Virus record (IMG/VR): IMGVR_UViG_3300045988_047309
Span: 1-64,000 of that record
DNA length: 64,000 bases
From: a virus
Strand: one strand, 5' to 3'
Made by a program: the position numbers and the translations under genes. Within the stretch, counting starts at the first letter, position 1, and each line of letters opens with the position of its first letter. Positions 1 to 12,800 of this stretch are shown here, piece by piece. The notes under the pieces are model-generated. The model saw nothing but the letters and a program-made list of their open reading frames with translations. It was not told the origin of the DNA and made no database searches.

Positions 1-203
1 CGCTGCAAAAAGTCCATTATATACTTTTATTATTTATAAGTTGCTGATAATCAGTCAACTTTGATTTATCTAATTAGTAACGAGTAACAAAATAGCAACT
101 TTAAAATGTTAATCTTTGCAAACCAGTTTGCTATGCTTGATACAAAGATATAAATTATACTTTGTTCACAATCAATCCGCAAAAAGACTTTAACTTAGAT
201 TAA

Positions 204-249
204 CACTAATACCTATTATATATCCATTGTATAGCCACTAATACCTATT
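204..249 (+). repeat. two perfect 14-nt direct repeats CACTAATACCTATT (204-217 and 236-249)
   Basis: Read directly. 32-nt period, upstream of the promoter at 284-314. Confidence 0.8.
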
Positions 250-283
250 TTCGATTTCCCTTACATTCAACACTTTTTTGCAT

Positions 284-314
284 TTTGTAGTTTCAGAAAT
301 TGCTTCTATCTTTG
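284..314 (+). promoter_or_regulatory. Bacteroidetes-type promoter: -33 TTTG (284-287), -7 TATCTTTG (307-314)
   Basis: 19-nt spacer. Matches the TTTG / TAnnTTTG consensus known for Bacteroides housekeeping promoters. Confidence 0.5.
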
Positions 315-380
315 CATTGTCATAGTTGCGATTGACATACACAGAACTTACCTCCTTCAGGCTTTAAGCCTACGAGATAT

Positions 381-427
381 GGAATCCCTTGGTTAGCGCA
401 ACATGACCTCGGGATTCCTCTTTTTTT
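381..427 (+). terminator. intrinsic terminator-like hairpin plus T7 run
   Basis: GGAATCCC (381-388) pairs with GGGATTCC (411-418) and is followed by TTTTTTT (421-427). It lies about 105 nt downstream of the promoter. Confidence 0.55.
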
Positions 428-771
428 ATCCCAGGTTTTTGACGAGACATACGAGGTTCAATCCGTGCAGTCCTCTTCGGATTTATCGACCGATATATAA
501 AAATGCTCAGTCTAATAGAATATATCCATGTAGGTAAACCCTGCTCTGTCCCATCCATTGACAACAGGTACCCATCTGCCGAAAGGCACTACCCCTACAT
601 AGATGAACCAAACAAAGTGGGTAACTTTGTTCTATGTAGGCTTTAGTAAGGAATAATCTACTGCTTATAGTAGTTGATAATTAAATAAAGATTTTCCTTG
701 CTGCTGCCCTCTCCCTTAGGGGATGGGTAAAGAATGGATAGTACATATTGTTGAACTAAAAATTAAATAAA

Positions 772-1374
772 ATGGCAGTAGTAAACGTAGATTTGTCTGA
801 GTATGATGCTATACGTAAGCGCAACTCGGAATTAGAGGAGCAAGTAAAGGAACTCAAAAAGTTGAATGATTCCTTGAAGCAGGGTGCAAAGGTAATTATT
901 CGTAAAGAGACGGTTGTAGAGCGTGAGGTTGACATTCCTTCTTATAGCCATTTGACAGGGCTGCCAACTTACAAACGATCAACGCATAGAGATAGAGTCG
1001 AGTCTTCTGAGTCCTATGTTAACTTCGAGGATGTCCGCTTTAAAGTCGAACAGACTATGCAAGATGAGATTAATCGTAGCATCCATAATAGAGACTGCGA
1101 AAGACAATCTTATGCTGATGCAAAAAGTAAACTCGATAATGAGTATAACTTGAAGAAAGCTGACCTCGAAAAGGAGTACAAAGATAAGACAGAGGACTTA
1201 GAAAGGAAAAATCATCGCAAGGAGTGTGATTTTGAAGCTGAAAAACTGCGCATTTTGAATCTACTTCCTAAAATCAACAAACTGGCAACAGAGTTGCATG
1301 ATGATTTAGTTAAGCGATTCTTTATGCCAAAGCATGCTGTAGAGTTAGCGGAATCTATCATAAATATAACCTAA
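772..1374 (+). CDS. hypothetical coiled-coil protein (200 aa)
   Basis: Clean ATG ORF with charged heptad-like composition. No catalytic motif seen. Confidence 0.6.
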   Translation: MAVVNVDLSEYDAIRKRNSELEEQVKELKKLNDSLKQGAKVIIRKETVVEREVDIPSYSHLTGLPTYKRSTHRDRVESSESYVNFEDVRFKVEQTMQDEINRSIHNRDCERQSYADAKSKLDNEYNLKKADLEKEYKDKTEDLERKNHRKECDFEAEKLRILNLLPKINKLATELHDDLVKRFFMPKHAVELAESIINIT

Positions 1375-1459
1375 AAGTAGGCTTATGAAGATAGAAGTTC
1401 ATAAGTGGTCGCTCATAGTGAGTCTTTCCAATTTGGAAATAATTGGAAAGAAATGGGAC

Positions 1460-1490
1460 AAAAAATAGGGAGTGCTCACGCATTCCCTAT
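1460..1490 (-). terminator. hairpin ATAGGGA/TCCCTAT with T5 on the minus strand
   Basis: 7-bp stem at 1465-1471 / 1484-1490. The A5 on the plus side gives a T-run for the leftward gene 1543..1851. Confidence 0.5.
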
Positions 1491-1542
1491 CTCCTTAATA
1501 ACAACCTTTTAACCTATAAACCAAAAACCTATACTTATAACA

Positions 1543-1851
1543 CTAACCTTCTTCCTCTGACATTTGTCTCAACTTCTCTGTGAGGGTATTGTGAACCTCA
1601 CGCTTATCGTCAAGAGTGACAGTCTGTAGCTTAGGGCAGTTGAACTCCAATATCTTGATGAATGATGTGACTTTATCCTTCGGTTCACATTTATTCCAAG
1701 CAACCAGGAAGTCGTCCCAAGCCTCTCGTGTAAAGGCAGCACACAGCTCACGAAACTCCTTCGTGATAGGAGACTCGTAGCCTTTCTGTTTCCCTCCAGT
1801 CTTTGCCCGACCTTTCTCGAACTGACCTTTAGTATTTCTGTCTGCTGCCAT
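1543..1851 (-). CDS. small basic protein (102 aa), possibly DUF5681-like
   Basis: N-terminal KGQFEKGRAKTGGKQKG resembles the Gly/Lys-rich N-terminus of that family. Weak. Confidence 0.5.
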   Translation of the reverse strand: MAADRNTKGQFEKGRAKTGGKQKGYESPITKEFRELCAAFTREAWDDFLVAWNKCEPKDKVTSFIKILEFNCPKLQTVTLDDKREVHNTLTEKLRQMSEEEG

Positions 1852-1938
1852 TTTTTTAACTATTTGACTGCAAAGTTAGCTATGTCTTGACACTTAGAAA
1901 CCTTATCCATTAACTTTGTGAAATTGCAGACACCTTAA

Positions 1939-1981
1939 TTAATAGATAAGATTGCTATTATATAAGGTGTGATTATCTTTG
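1939..1981 (+). promoter_or_regulatory. late-type promoter with a degenerate upstream box
   Basis: TTAATAGATAA (1939-1949), exactly 24 nt, then TATCTTTG (1974-1981). The ATG at 2012 follows. Confidence 0.5.
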
Positions 1982-2011
1982 TATCATTATTAATAATTTA
2001 TAATTTCATAT

Positions 2012-2653
2012 ATGATAGGTGCATTAATAGGTGCTGGACTTAGTATTGCAAGCAGTATCGCTGGTGGTATAGCTAACCGCAAGGCGAGACGTAAGCAGGA
2101 ACAGATGTTGGCCCAGCAACAGAGAGAAAATCAGGCATGGTATGACAGGAAATATAACGAGGACCCTACCAAACGTGCCGACACGGTAAGATTGCTCACT
2201 CAGATGCAGGAGCAGATTAAGAACAGAAACAGAGCAGCTAAGGGCAGAGAGGCCGTAATGGGCGGAACGGAAGACTCCACTACTGCGGTGAAGGAGGCGA
2301 ACAACAAGACTCTTGCTGATACAACCTCTCAGATAGTCGCTGCTAACGAAGCTCGTAAGGATGCTATCGAGCAGCAGTATCAGCAGAATAAGCGTTCTAT
2401 TCAGGGACAGCAAATGCAGATGGAAGCCGAGAAGTCGGCTGATACAGCCAATGTCGTAGCAGGAGTGGCTGGTACAGCCGCTAATATCGCTACAACACTT
2501 GATGCTGGTACGGGTGGATCAAAGAAGGCTCAGAATATGAATGCGACTCAGCAGTTGAATGGCATTGCAAAGAATCCTGACGATGTTCTTGGCTTGAAGG
2601 CGAAGACTATTGGCCTACCGTCTGAGGACGATCTGAAAAAAATAAAAGCATAG
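2012..2653 (+). CDS. virion-type protein with N-terminal Gly-zipper hydrophobic helix and a Gln-rich body (213 aa)
   Basis: N-terminus MIGALIGAGLSIASSIAGGIA. First gene behind the late-type promoter. Ends TAG-CCT-ATG in frame with the next ORF. Confidence 0.6.
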   Translation: MIGALIGAGLSIASSIAGGIANRKARRKQEQMLAQQQRENQAWYDRKYNEDPTKRADTVRLLTQMQEQIKNRNRAAKGREAVMGGTEDSTTAVKEANNKTLADTTSQIVAANEARKDAIEQQYQQNKRSIQGQQMQMEAEKSADTANVVAGVAGTAANIATTLDAGTGGSKKAQNMNATQQLNGIAKNPDDVLGLKAKTIGLPSEDDLKKIKA

Positions 2654-2656
2654 CCT

Positions 2657-3793
2657 ATGAAAGCATCAGACATGTTACAACAAAATAACGGCTTGAAGAC
2701 TACACAGAGTGTACTCAACAAGCAGCAGAGTGGGGTGGATGTGGCTCAAAAGGTGGCACAGACTCAGGCTCCAGTATTCACACAGCAGCAACTTGATGCG
2801 GCTGGCAAGAAGATTGACCAGATAAACGCTGCCACTCCCACCGATGGGGCTATGAAGGCAGCTAAGGCTAAGACTATCGCCACACAACAGGCCATCGCCA
2901 ATGGGGTGGACGTGAATCAGGGTGTCCCAAGCGATGAGGAAGATAAACCATCTGTCCCTATTGTCAAGAAGGAGGAGCCGAAACATCAGGCTAAGCAGTT
3001 ATCTTATGCGGATATGTATAAGATGCTGAATCCTGAGCAAGAGGAGACGGCAGAACAGAAGGAGAGAAGGGAGAAGAAGGAACGCACAAAGGCTCGTATC
3101 GCTGCAATCGGTGACGGTCTGCGTGCGCTCAGTAATATCTACTTCGCTACTAAGGGTGCCAAGGTGGTACACAATCCTGAGTCGGATATGACTAAGGTGG
3201 TGAATAAGCGCAAGGAGTACATGGATGCTCAGAGAGAAAGAAATCAGGCGGCATGGCTGGCTGGTTATCAAAGGGCGATGGCTCTTGATGAGGAAGCCCG
3301 AAAGAACGACCTGACTCTTGCGGAGCAAATCAGGTATCACGATATGATGAATGAAAACAATAAGACAAAGGCTGACCAAGGACAGCAGAGAATTGATATT
3401 AACAAAATGCGTATTACCAATCAGCAGGAATACAATCAGGCAAGGCTTGAGCTGGATAGACTTAGGATGGAAGATAAGATTACTCAAAGCGAGAAGGAAC
3501 TTGCTATCAAATACCTGAATGCACGAGCTAAACAAATCGCTCCAAACAGGTCTGGAGGTGGTCGTGGCAGTTCTTCTAAAGAAGACTGGGACGCTGAATA
3601 TCTCAAACTGAATGGAAAGTATCCTTCTGAGGTAGCAAATGCTAATCAAACCGTAGCAAAGGGAGGTATCAAACCAAATACTGCTGCTGGACGAAAGCAA
3701 GTTGTGAAGATAGTCAGAAAGAAGATTGCTCATAAGGGTGGCGGTACTTCTTCTAAAAGAAGTGCTAAAAGTAAATTTTCAATTCATCATTAA
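2657..3793 (+). CDS. Gln/Lys-rich low-complexity protein (378 aa), probable internal virion protein
   Basis: Composition and position directly upstream of the giant ORF. Ends KSKFSIHH. Confidence 0.55.
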   Translation: MKASDMLQQNNGLKTTQSVLNKQQSGVDVAQKVAQTQAPVFTQQQLDAAGKKIDQINAATPTDGAMKAAKAKTIATQQAIANGVDVNQGVPSDEEDKPSVPIVKKEEPKHQAKQLSYADMYKMLNPEQEETAEQKERREKKERTKARIAAIGDGLRALSNIYFATKGAKVVHNPESDMTKVVNKRKEYMDAQRERNQAAWLAGYQRAMALDEEARKNDLTLAEQIRYHDMMNENNKTKADQGQQRIDINKMRITNQQEYNQARLELDRLRMEDKITQSEKELAIKYLNARAKQIAPNRSGGGRGSSSKEDWDAEYLKLNGKYPSEVANANQTVAKGGIKPNTAAGRKQVVKIVRKKIAHKGGGTSSKRSAKSKFSIHH

Positions 3794-3804
3794 AAAGAAA
3801 CAAT

Positions 3805-6800
3805 ATGCCAATAAATAGTAAGGTTAAGAGACTGTATGATGCCTTGAAGGCTGATGGTGGTGATGTTGGTACACCAGAAGAATTTAACTCTTGGTTCTTT
3901 AAGCCTGGCAAGGAAGGTTACAAAAACAGAAAATCCGTATATGATACCTTCAAGGCTGATGGGGCTGATGTAGGGAAAAACTATGAGGAGTTCGGTAAAT
4001 GGCTTGGCCTTCATGCTGTTTATCCTACCGTAAACAAGTATCACCAGCAGATGCTGAACTCTGTTGACCCAAACAAGAGCAGGGCATCTGAACTTACTCA
4101 TAGAGCGGTTAGTCAGGCAAAAAGAGGAATGAATAATGTCCGTAAGCCTGTCCGTGGTGCTGTAGTCAACAAGCAAGGTAAAAAGGTGAGTGAATTTGAT
4201 ATTACTCCTGCCAAGACCGTAGAAGACCTTGATAGAGAGTATGCTCAGGAGACAACAAAGAACTGGGAGAATGAACTGCATGATCAGATGGCTGATGCCG
4301 ACAAGGATGCAGCAAAGATTAGCGATATGTTCAAGTCCTTCATCGGTTCTATGGATGAGGTCGGTAGCGTGTGGGGTAATATGACAAGAGGTGGCGGTAT
4401 TGCAGGTACTCCTCATAGTGTTACTACCAACAATGGTCTCATGAAGAATACTGAAGCTCGCCAACTTCTTATTGCTGGTGACTACAATCGTAAGAGAAGA
4501 GAACTCTTACAGTTGGAGCAGGATTCAAGAAATGGTGCTTTCTTTGACAATCATTCTTTTTTTAGAGGAATGTATGATGCTGCCAAAGACACTGGTTTCC
4601 TGACAGGTGGGGCTTTTAACCTTATCAGTGGTTTCACCATGCTTAAAACCAAGCAGGACTTGGATAATGGTGTCCATACGAAAGCTGGAGATATGCTGAT
4701 GCAGCAAGCGGTAAAGAATAGTAATGCACAGAGTCAGTATGGTGACAATCAGGGATGGATGTACACTGGTGGTGTTATCACTACCAATATGGCTCCTTTT
4801 ATAGTGCAGATTGCCAGTGCAGGATTCTCCAAGGGTTTGAGTACTTCAATCGGCAAGGTTGTGCAGGGCGCAGCTTCCAAGGTGGCACTGGGTACAATGA
4901 AAAAGGCGGCAGGATTTGCAAGTGCAGATTTGGCTAAGAACATCGGTAAGGTAACTGGTCTTACTACCAAGGCTTTCGGCAAGGCTATCCAGTATGGAAT
5001 CGTGGGTGCAGCCCAAGCTAATACAGTTGGTCTTGGAAATGTTGCTAACGATGTGATTAACCGCTATACGGGTCAGGTCTATCAGGATGAGCAGGGTAAC
5101 TACAAGTTCGGCACATTTGATAGTGATGGTAAACTTGTGCATGAAGGCGGTGAAGACTTCCTTACTGCCTTCGTAAAGGGTGATGCGGCTCAGACCATTG
5201 AGTTTGCTACTGAGTTGGCTGGCGGTGGCATTGATGCTGTGGGTACTGCCCTGAAGAACTTCGTTACCAAAGGTGGCAAGAAAATTATCAACAAGTACAA
5301 CATGGAGAATGTCTCCAAGGTGATAGACTTCTTGCTTAATAATAAAGTGTCAAAGAATGTAAGATATTTGAAGGCTGGTGCTGACAGAACACTTGGTAAG
5401 GTTGAAGTGAATAGTATTGTCGGTGAGTCTCTGGAGGAAGAGTTGGGTATCATCGCCAATACGGTCTTTACTGGTGATAACAAAATCTCAGACTTGTGGG
5501 ATGAAAAGCAGCAGTCACAGATATGGGGCGGTATGCTCTTGTCTATCGGATTGATGAAGGGTGTTGTTGCTCCTTTCCATGCTTATAATGCCAAGCAGTA
5601 TTATTCCTATAAGCATAAGCTAAACAAGGCTGATGTGAACTTGTCTCAGTTGCTCGGTAAAGAGAAGTGGGAAGAACTCCGTAATCAGATTGATGCTACA
5701 ACAAACGAGGATATGCCTGAAATGGTAAACAGAATCAATCGTGATGTTGCTCTTGGTAAGAACAGACAGCCAGTGCGTGAGTATATTCAGAACTTGCTCA
5801 TCATGCGTGGTTATGACATTGGTAATATGCTTGCAGCAAAGAAGGCAGTTGAAGATAAGGGTGAAGGTGTCTCCGTGAAGAATATGGAGAAGAATCAGGC
5901 ATATCAGCAGGGTCGTGATGCTTACGGCTATGATACACATGAGATTCAGTTAGACCAAGAAGACAAACAAAAGTCTCTTGCTCAACTTCTCGGTATATCA
6001 GAGCAGCAGTTGGCATCCATGAGTGATGAGGAGCTTGAATCATTCTCTGGTCGTGATGATAATATTGATAGGGCTATTTATGACTACCAGTTGTCGAGTG
6101 CTCGCTATGAAGGTGTTGTTGATAACGCAAGAGACCAGATAGACTTGGAGGTTCAGAGAGCAGCACAGGCGGTTGATATGTACACAGACAAGTCTCGTAA
6201 TACTATCCGAAACGCTACCATCAAAGCATCAGGCGGCTTGGAAGACTATGGCGTGTATATTATCAGCGGTAATATTGCTACTCATGATGATGGCTCCATT
6301 GATGTAAGCAATAGCGATGATATGATTCTGTATTATGACCCAACTACCAATACTGTTGAGCACGCTGATGCCATGATGTTTGCTGAACTGGGTAGTGAGG
6401 AGAATGCTGATGAAGTGAGAAGTCAGGCTATGGCTGATGCCAAGGAGAAGGCTATCAAAGAAACTACTGGTATCATTGATGGTGTTGTTGAGGTAGGTAC
6501 TCAGTTCAAGACCGTTGGTGCAGATGGAACAGAACATACTTATGAAGTACTCGCTGATAATGGTGATGGTACTGCCATGATTACTATTGATGGCAACATT
6601 CCAACAGAACTTGTCAAGGGTGAGAATGTAAATATTCCAGTCTCGTTTGAAGAGTTGCAGAAGATGAAGGATGAGTCTGACCAGCAGAGATTGCAAGCGG
6701 CAAAGGCTCAGCGTGAACAGGTGGAGAAGGAGCGTGCTGAGCAACAGATGCAAGCACAGACTACACAAGCAGAGAATCCAACTCAGGAAGATAATATCCA

Positions 6801-9800
6801 GTCAACACCTATCGAAGATAACATAGACTACTCTGATATAATCAGAGAGGATGGTAAGGTTCAGATGGTAGATGTTTCTGATAAGGATGGAAATAATCTG
6901 TTCCCTGATGCTAAAGATGTTTTCTATATCCAAGGAAACAAGATGAGAACCAAGTTTGTTTATATTGATGCAAATGGAGAGTTGAAGACTCAGAGTTTCC
7001 CTACTGGATTGGTTAAGATAAAGACAAGGGGTGAAGTATCTGTTGATGATTACAAGAAGTATCGCAATACGTTACTCTCTGCTGAATCTTCTGCCATACC
7101 TGAATCCTCAATGATAGAGGATAATAGTGGCACAATAGAGGCTAATAGAGGTGGAATAGAGGTTGAAGATAACACTCAGCCTTTATCGGAAGCTGATGCT
7201 GACAATGTAATCGCCCAGATGGAATCAAGTGCAGAGACCGCTCCTGATTTGGAACTTACACCAGACAACTGGACAGCAGAGTTTGGTGAAGATGGAATCT
7301 TGTCTACTCCTATAGGTGATGTGAAGATGGGAGAGAATCAGGTGGCTAAGTTGTTTGAGAAAGGTCGTTCCAAGGAGTTTGGTATGATTAAGCCAACGCT
7401 TACGAATCCTGATGTGATAATCGAGGTTCCTTCTCATTCTGCTGATGGCAATGAGGAGCGTTCATCATCTTATCTGTTTATCAAGACTTTCTTGGGTAAG
7501 AATGGCAAAAAGGTGTACTATTTCAAGTCTGTAACCATCAAGAAGGATGGTCTTGAAATCAGCATTAGCAGTAACTATGACAGAGCAAAGAGAGTAAAGG
7601 AGGCATTAATGAAAGGGAAGTTGCTATATCGTAAGAACGATGGCGCACAGACCGAGCAGAACCAGCCTTCTACTTCTGTGGCAACTTCCCAAGAGGATGC
7701 TGCTGGCTCTTCTGAAAGCAAATTTACAAACATTTCTGCAAACGACAATGAAAATAATGAAAGTTTAACATTTGAAGATGGTACTCCTATCCCAGTTGAT
7801 GAGAGTGGTGAGACTGACCTTAGTCAGACTGATGCTGCTCATGCTGCTGAGTGGTATGACAATAACCTCGGTGAGGATGCAGATGATTGGCTGGATGGAG
7901 AAATCAAGAAGGCTAAGAAAGTATTGGAGCAAGCAAAGAATAAGAAGTTGGCTGGCACTAAACCTTCTGAGTTGGTTGCAAGCAAGAAGGAGAAGGAAGC
8001 TGCAATAGCTGATGCCCAAGCACATTATGACTCTGCAATCTCTATCCGTGATTCGTTGAAGGAAAGAAGAATTGCCAAGGAAGAGAATACTGCTGAGGGC
8101 AGAAAGAGTCTCATTGAGAAGGCAAGAAGAAAGTTCACTCGATTGAAGAACAGCGAAGAATGGAGTGAGCGGACTGGTGACTTGTGGAATGAGACGGTTG
8201 GCAAGTTGCTACATCGTCTGTATGATGCTACAGGAATTGATGTTTTCGATGATACTCCTAATACTGTCTATGAGTATGTTGCTGAAAATGTCGGTCCGTA
8301 TAGCTTGAATTATGAAGGCAACGATAATTCGAAGGGAGTACAGCAGGAGACAGGTTTGTCTCGTTCTGACTTCGCCAAGTTAGGATGGCTCGCTGCCGAA
8401 GGCAAGGGTATGACTATTGATGCCAAAGTACACAGACTTTGGGAGAATAGGCCATCCAACTTGGAGAGTGCGGACACGCAGGAGATAAGAAACGCCTTGA
8501 TCAGTCTTATTACAAGCGGTCAGACCGCATTCCAGGCGAGAGATTATATCCTGAATCAGCGTATCGAACTTGCAGAGAGTGCGCTGGAGGAGCAACTGAG
8601 ACAGGAAGAAGATGCGGCCGAAGCTCAGAAGGCTAAGGAGGAGGAAGAAAAGAAAAAGGCTGAGCTGGAGAAGAAAGCAGAGGAGGAGAAGACGAATGAG
8701 AACAGAAATACTCCTGAACTTTCCCATGAACAACAAAAAGCTATGGAAGAGGGCGAGAAATTAGGTTTTCCTGCTGTTGACAAGGAAGGCGAACCTATCA
8801 ATCAGAATGTCATAGAACTTGCTAACTGGGCAAAGGAACAAGGCTTAGAGATAGACCCTACATCTAAGTCGAATAGCTACGCTGATTTGTACGTGATGTG
8901 TAAGGAAGGCTTCGGTGTCAGTACGTTGGTTCCTGATGTTGGCGAGGATATTAATCAGGTATTCTATTTCCCTGACAACGTACAAGGTGAGCAATTAGCT
9001 AAACTGCAAGAGGAATTTAATGTAGGTCGTGACCTTAAACACTCTGCTGATATGAATAGCGAACTAACAGAAGGTGTTATGTTCTATGATGGAGATACAG
9101 CGAGAGAGTTCAGAGATTTTGTTAATGAGAAGGTAAATGAGGAGAGCAAGACTATTGAAGTTCCTGAGGATGCAACGGATGATGCTCCTTTGGGTGAGCA
9201 ACTTGATGAATCCGACCTTCCTTTCTCTGCTAAGGATAACGGCCAACAACAGACAACATCTGAGCGTGCTGCTGACGTAGAGAAGAACAAGGTGGATGAT
9301 ATGAAGGTCGTTGACAACATCGTGGGGCAGAAGACTCGCAAGGCTTTCGATAGGTTAGCTAAGATGATGGGTGCCAACATTCAGTGGCAGTACTCAGACA
9401 AGTTGGGTAACGGCTGGATTCAGGAGACTACGGATGCCGATGGCAACGTGCATCGTACTATCTTCATCACTCTTGACTCTTCTATCACGGAAGGTGCTCA
9501 GTTTATCTTCGGCCACGAAATGACTCACCAAATCAAGAACCTGAACCCTGCTGCATACGATGAGTTGACTCAGCTTGTTCTTGATACCTATGGCTCTGAT
9601 GCCTTCGACAAGGCGGTAGATGAGACCATGCAGAGATATTCTGATGCAGGATTCTCTGGACGTGATAGAGATTACTATGCTGAGGAGGTTGTTGCTGATG
9701 CGGTAGGCGAAATGATTCGTGACCTCAACTTGGCTCACACTCTCGCTATGAAGATGTCTCATCCTCTGCTCGCTGCTATACATGAGATATTGCAGAAGAT

Positions 9801-12800
9801 TAAGTTGGCGTTCTATGGCACTGAGTATAGCGATGCGACCAAGAATATCATCCGCTCCATCGAACAAGCCTATGTGAAGACTGCAAAGGGTCTGGTGGAG
9901 AACTCTGATACTGGCGAAGATGTTTCATTCTCTCTCCGTCAAAAGCCTGAGCCTAAGAAGAAGGGTGTTGGCTACAAGGTGTTCGTATTGAAGGATGGCA
10001 AACTCTATCCGCCAATGGTAGCGAACCCTGATGGTGCTGCTACTCCAGTAGGTGTATGGCTTGATGCTGATGCTGCTCCTATTGCAGGAGAAAGCAAGAC
10101 TGGCAGACCTCAAGTTAAGCAGGGCGGTAAGGGAACACAAGGCGGTAGCGGTAAGTTAGCCTATAGACCAGGATGGCATCTTGGTGTGGTTCCTTACGCT
10201 ATCCAGTTTAACCGCAAGGATGCTGAGGGAAACAAGACTCTCTTCCCTAAGAACTTTGTCTTCGCTGAGGTGGAGTATGCTGCTGATGTAGATTATCAGG
10301 ATGAAGCTCGCCAAGAGGGTATCAATCCTTCGGGCAAGTATCAGCATTCTCTCGCTGGCTTGAAACATCTGCCAACTGATGGATATTATATGTATCGTAC
10401 CAACCCGAACCCTGAGACTGATCCTTGGGTGATTACTGGTGCGATGAAGGTGAACCGTATCTTGACCAGAGCAGAGCAAGCAGACTTGGTAATCAAGGCT
10501 GGACGTGAACCTCAGCAGATTCAGGAGGGTGATATTGTTACTGATGATGTTGTGAACAGCATCAATCAGGAGATAGCTGATGCTCCTAAGTTCTCGTTGA
10601 AGGTATATCATGGCAGCGGTGCTGACTTCACAGAGTTTGACTTCGACCACATGGGCGAGGGTGCTGGCTCCCAAGTATTCGGTTGGGGCGGCTATGTTAC
10701 TTCATCAAAGAAGATTGGTAAGAGCTATGCGAATCTTGTAGATGCTAACGCTCCTTATCAAGATGTAGAATATGTTGGTAATAACGCTCATGAATATACT
10801 GATATAGTTGCTGGCTTGTTTAATGGTGGTCAGAGAGATTATGATGATGTTAAGGAGTTCTTGCAGAATGGCTATAATTCCGACAAGGATAATGCTCGGA
10901 AGAAACAGATGTTGGAATGGTTTGAAAGTACAAAACCATCTGATTGGAAGTCTGTTAATGATGGAAAACGTAACCTCTATGAAGTGGATATTCCTGATGA
11001 CAATGGCAGCAACTATCTGGATTGGGAAAATCCTTTGAATGAGGAACAGATAAATGCTATTCGTGATGCTTTGGCTAAGAATGGTGTTGATGTTTCATCT
11101 TGGGAAAATAGAGGTTTCAAACTGGATTTGCCTTTTAAAGATGTATATGCAGCAGTTCTTCCAATGATGATGCGTTGTGAGCCAAAGGAAGTAAGCAAGT
11201 TCCTCTCTTCTCTTGGTTTTACTGGCATTAAATATCCTGCTGGTACTATCCAAGGTGGCGCAGAGGAAGGCGATACCAACTATGTTATTTTCAAGCCTGA
11301 GGATATGAAAATTACTCAGCATACCAAGTTCTCTCTCCGTTTGAAGGCTGCTATTGAGGAAACAGAAACCAATCCATCTGACGCACAGAAGGAGAGTGGC
11401 AACTACAAGAAGGGACACATCAAGTTCGGTGGCTACGATTACACAATAGAAAATCCAAAGGGTTCAACTCGTTCAGGCAAGGATGCCGATGGCAAAGAGT
11501 GGAAAATAACCATGCACGATACCTATGGCTATATCCGTGGTAAGTTCGGTAAGGATGGCGACCATCTGGATATGTTCATCAACGACAAGGCAGACCTTGA
11601 TAATTGGAATGGTGATGTGTTTGTCGTTGACCAAGTGAATCCTGATGGCTCATTTGACGAACACAAGGTGATGTACGGATATGACTCTATGGATGATGCA
11701 GAAAAGGCTTATCTCGCCAACTATAGCGATGGTTGGCAGGGTCTTGGAAATATTACTGGAGCAAGTAAGGATGAGTTCGATAAGTGGCTTGATACGAGCA
11801 ATCGTAAGCTAAAGCCGTTTGCTGACTATGCAAAGGTGAAGTTTTCTCATGCGCAGTCTGTTTCTAAACCTCGTTACTCGTTGAAGGACATAAAGCCTAT
11901 TGGTGTTGGTGCTTTTGGAAATATATACAATCAGTTCCGTGGCAAATCTAAAGCAGCTATAGAGTTCTTGAAGAAACTTGGTAGCGGTGAGGCAACTGCT
12001 GCTTTACATCATCATACTATTGGTGATATATCTTTGGTATGGGGAGATAAAAAGGCTGGTCTTGATAAGATTCTAAGAAAGCATCCTGAGGTTGTTGATA
12101 ATTTGCAGTCTATCATAGATAGTATGGAGGTTGTTCAAGAAAGCGATAATCGTGTCAAGTTGGAATCGCCTACACACTTTGCTGTAGTAAGTAAGGAGTA
12201 TAAGGGCGAACCAAGAGAACAATGGTTATTGACTGCATACGAAAAAAGAGAATCCTTGGAAAATGACAAGAGTATGGACACTGCCACTTCTTCGTTGGGA
12301 GGTGACACAGCTCTCTCCCAATCCAAGGGTTCTGCTGCAAAGATAGACAATTCTTCTGAAACAGCCAAGGAAAATGGCGAAAAGTTTTCATTGAAGGATG
12401 AGAAGACTCTTGCAGGAGTTCATAACATTACAGAGGAGAAGCTGAGAAAGGCTATCAAGCAGGGTGGTCTTGCCAATCCGTCTGTGGCAGTTATTGATTC
12501 CAGTAAGCAGAACCATGAGGACTATGGTGACATTTCTCTGATATTGCCTTCTGAAAAGGTGGCCAAGAGAACTGGAAAGAACGCTGGCACTTGGCAGGGC
12601 GATGCTTGGACGCCTACCTATCCGCAAGTAGAGAGACAGATGAGCAATAATGGGGCTGCAAAAGCATCTAAGGATGTTAGTTCTGTCCCTGGCGATATGT
12701 ATAACGAGGTAAGAAGAGGACTTGACCGATGGCTGGATGGTGGAGAAGGAAACTCTGCTATGGCTTATATTTTCCTTCACGAAAAGGGTGTGGCACCTGA

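Noticed and set aside
440-480. GGTTCAATCC resembling a tRNA T-loop
   Set aside because: The flanking bases do not form a T stem and no acceptor or D arm can be drawn on either strand.
370-564. Minus-strand 64-aa ORF in the left control region
   Set aside because: It spans a plus-strand terminator hairpin and other stems, has no promoter context, and the region reads better as structured leader RNA.
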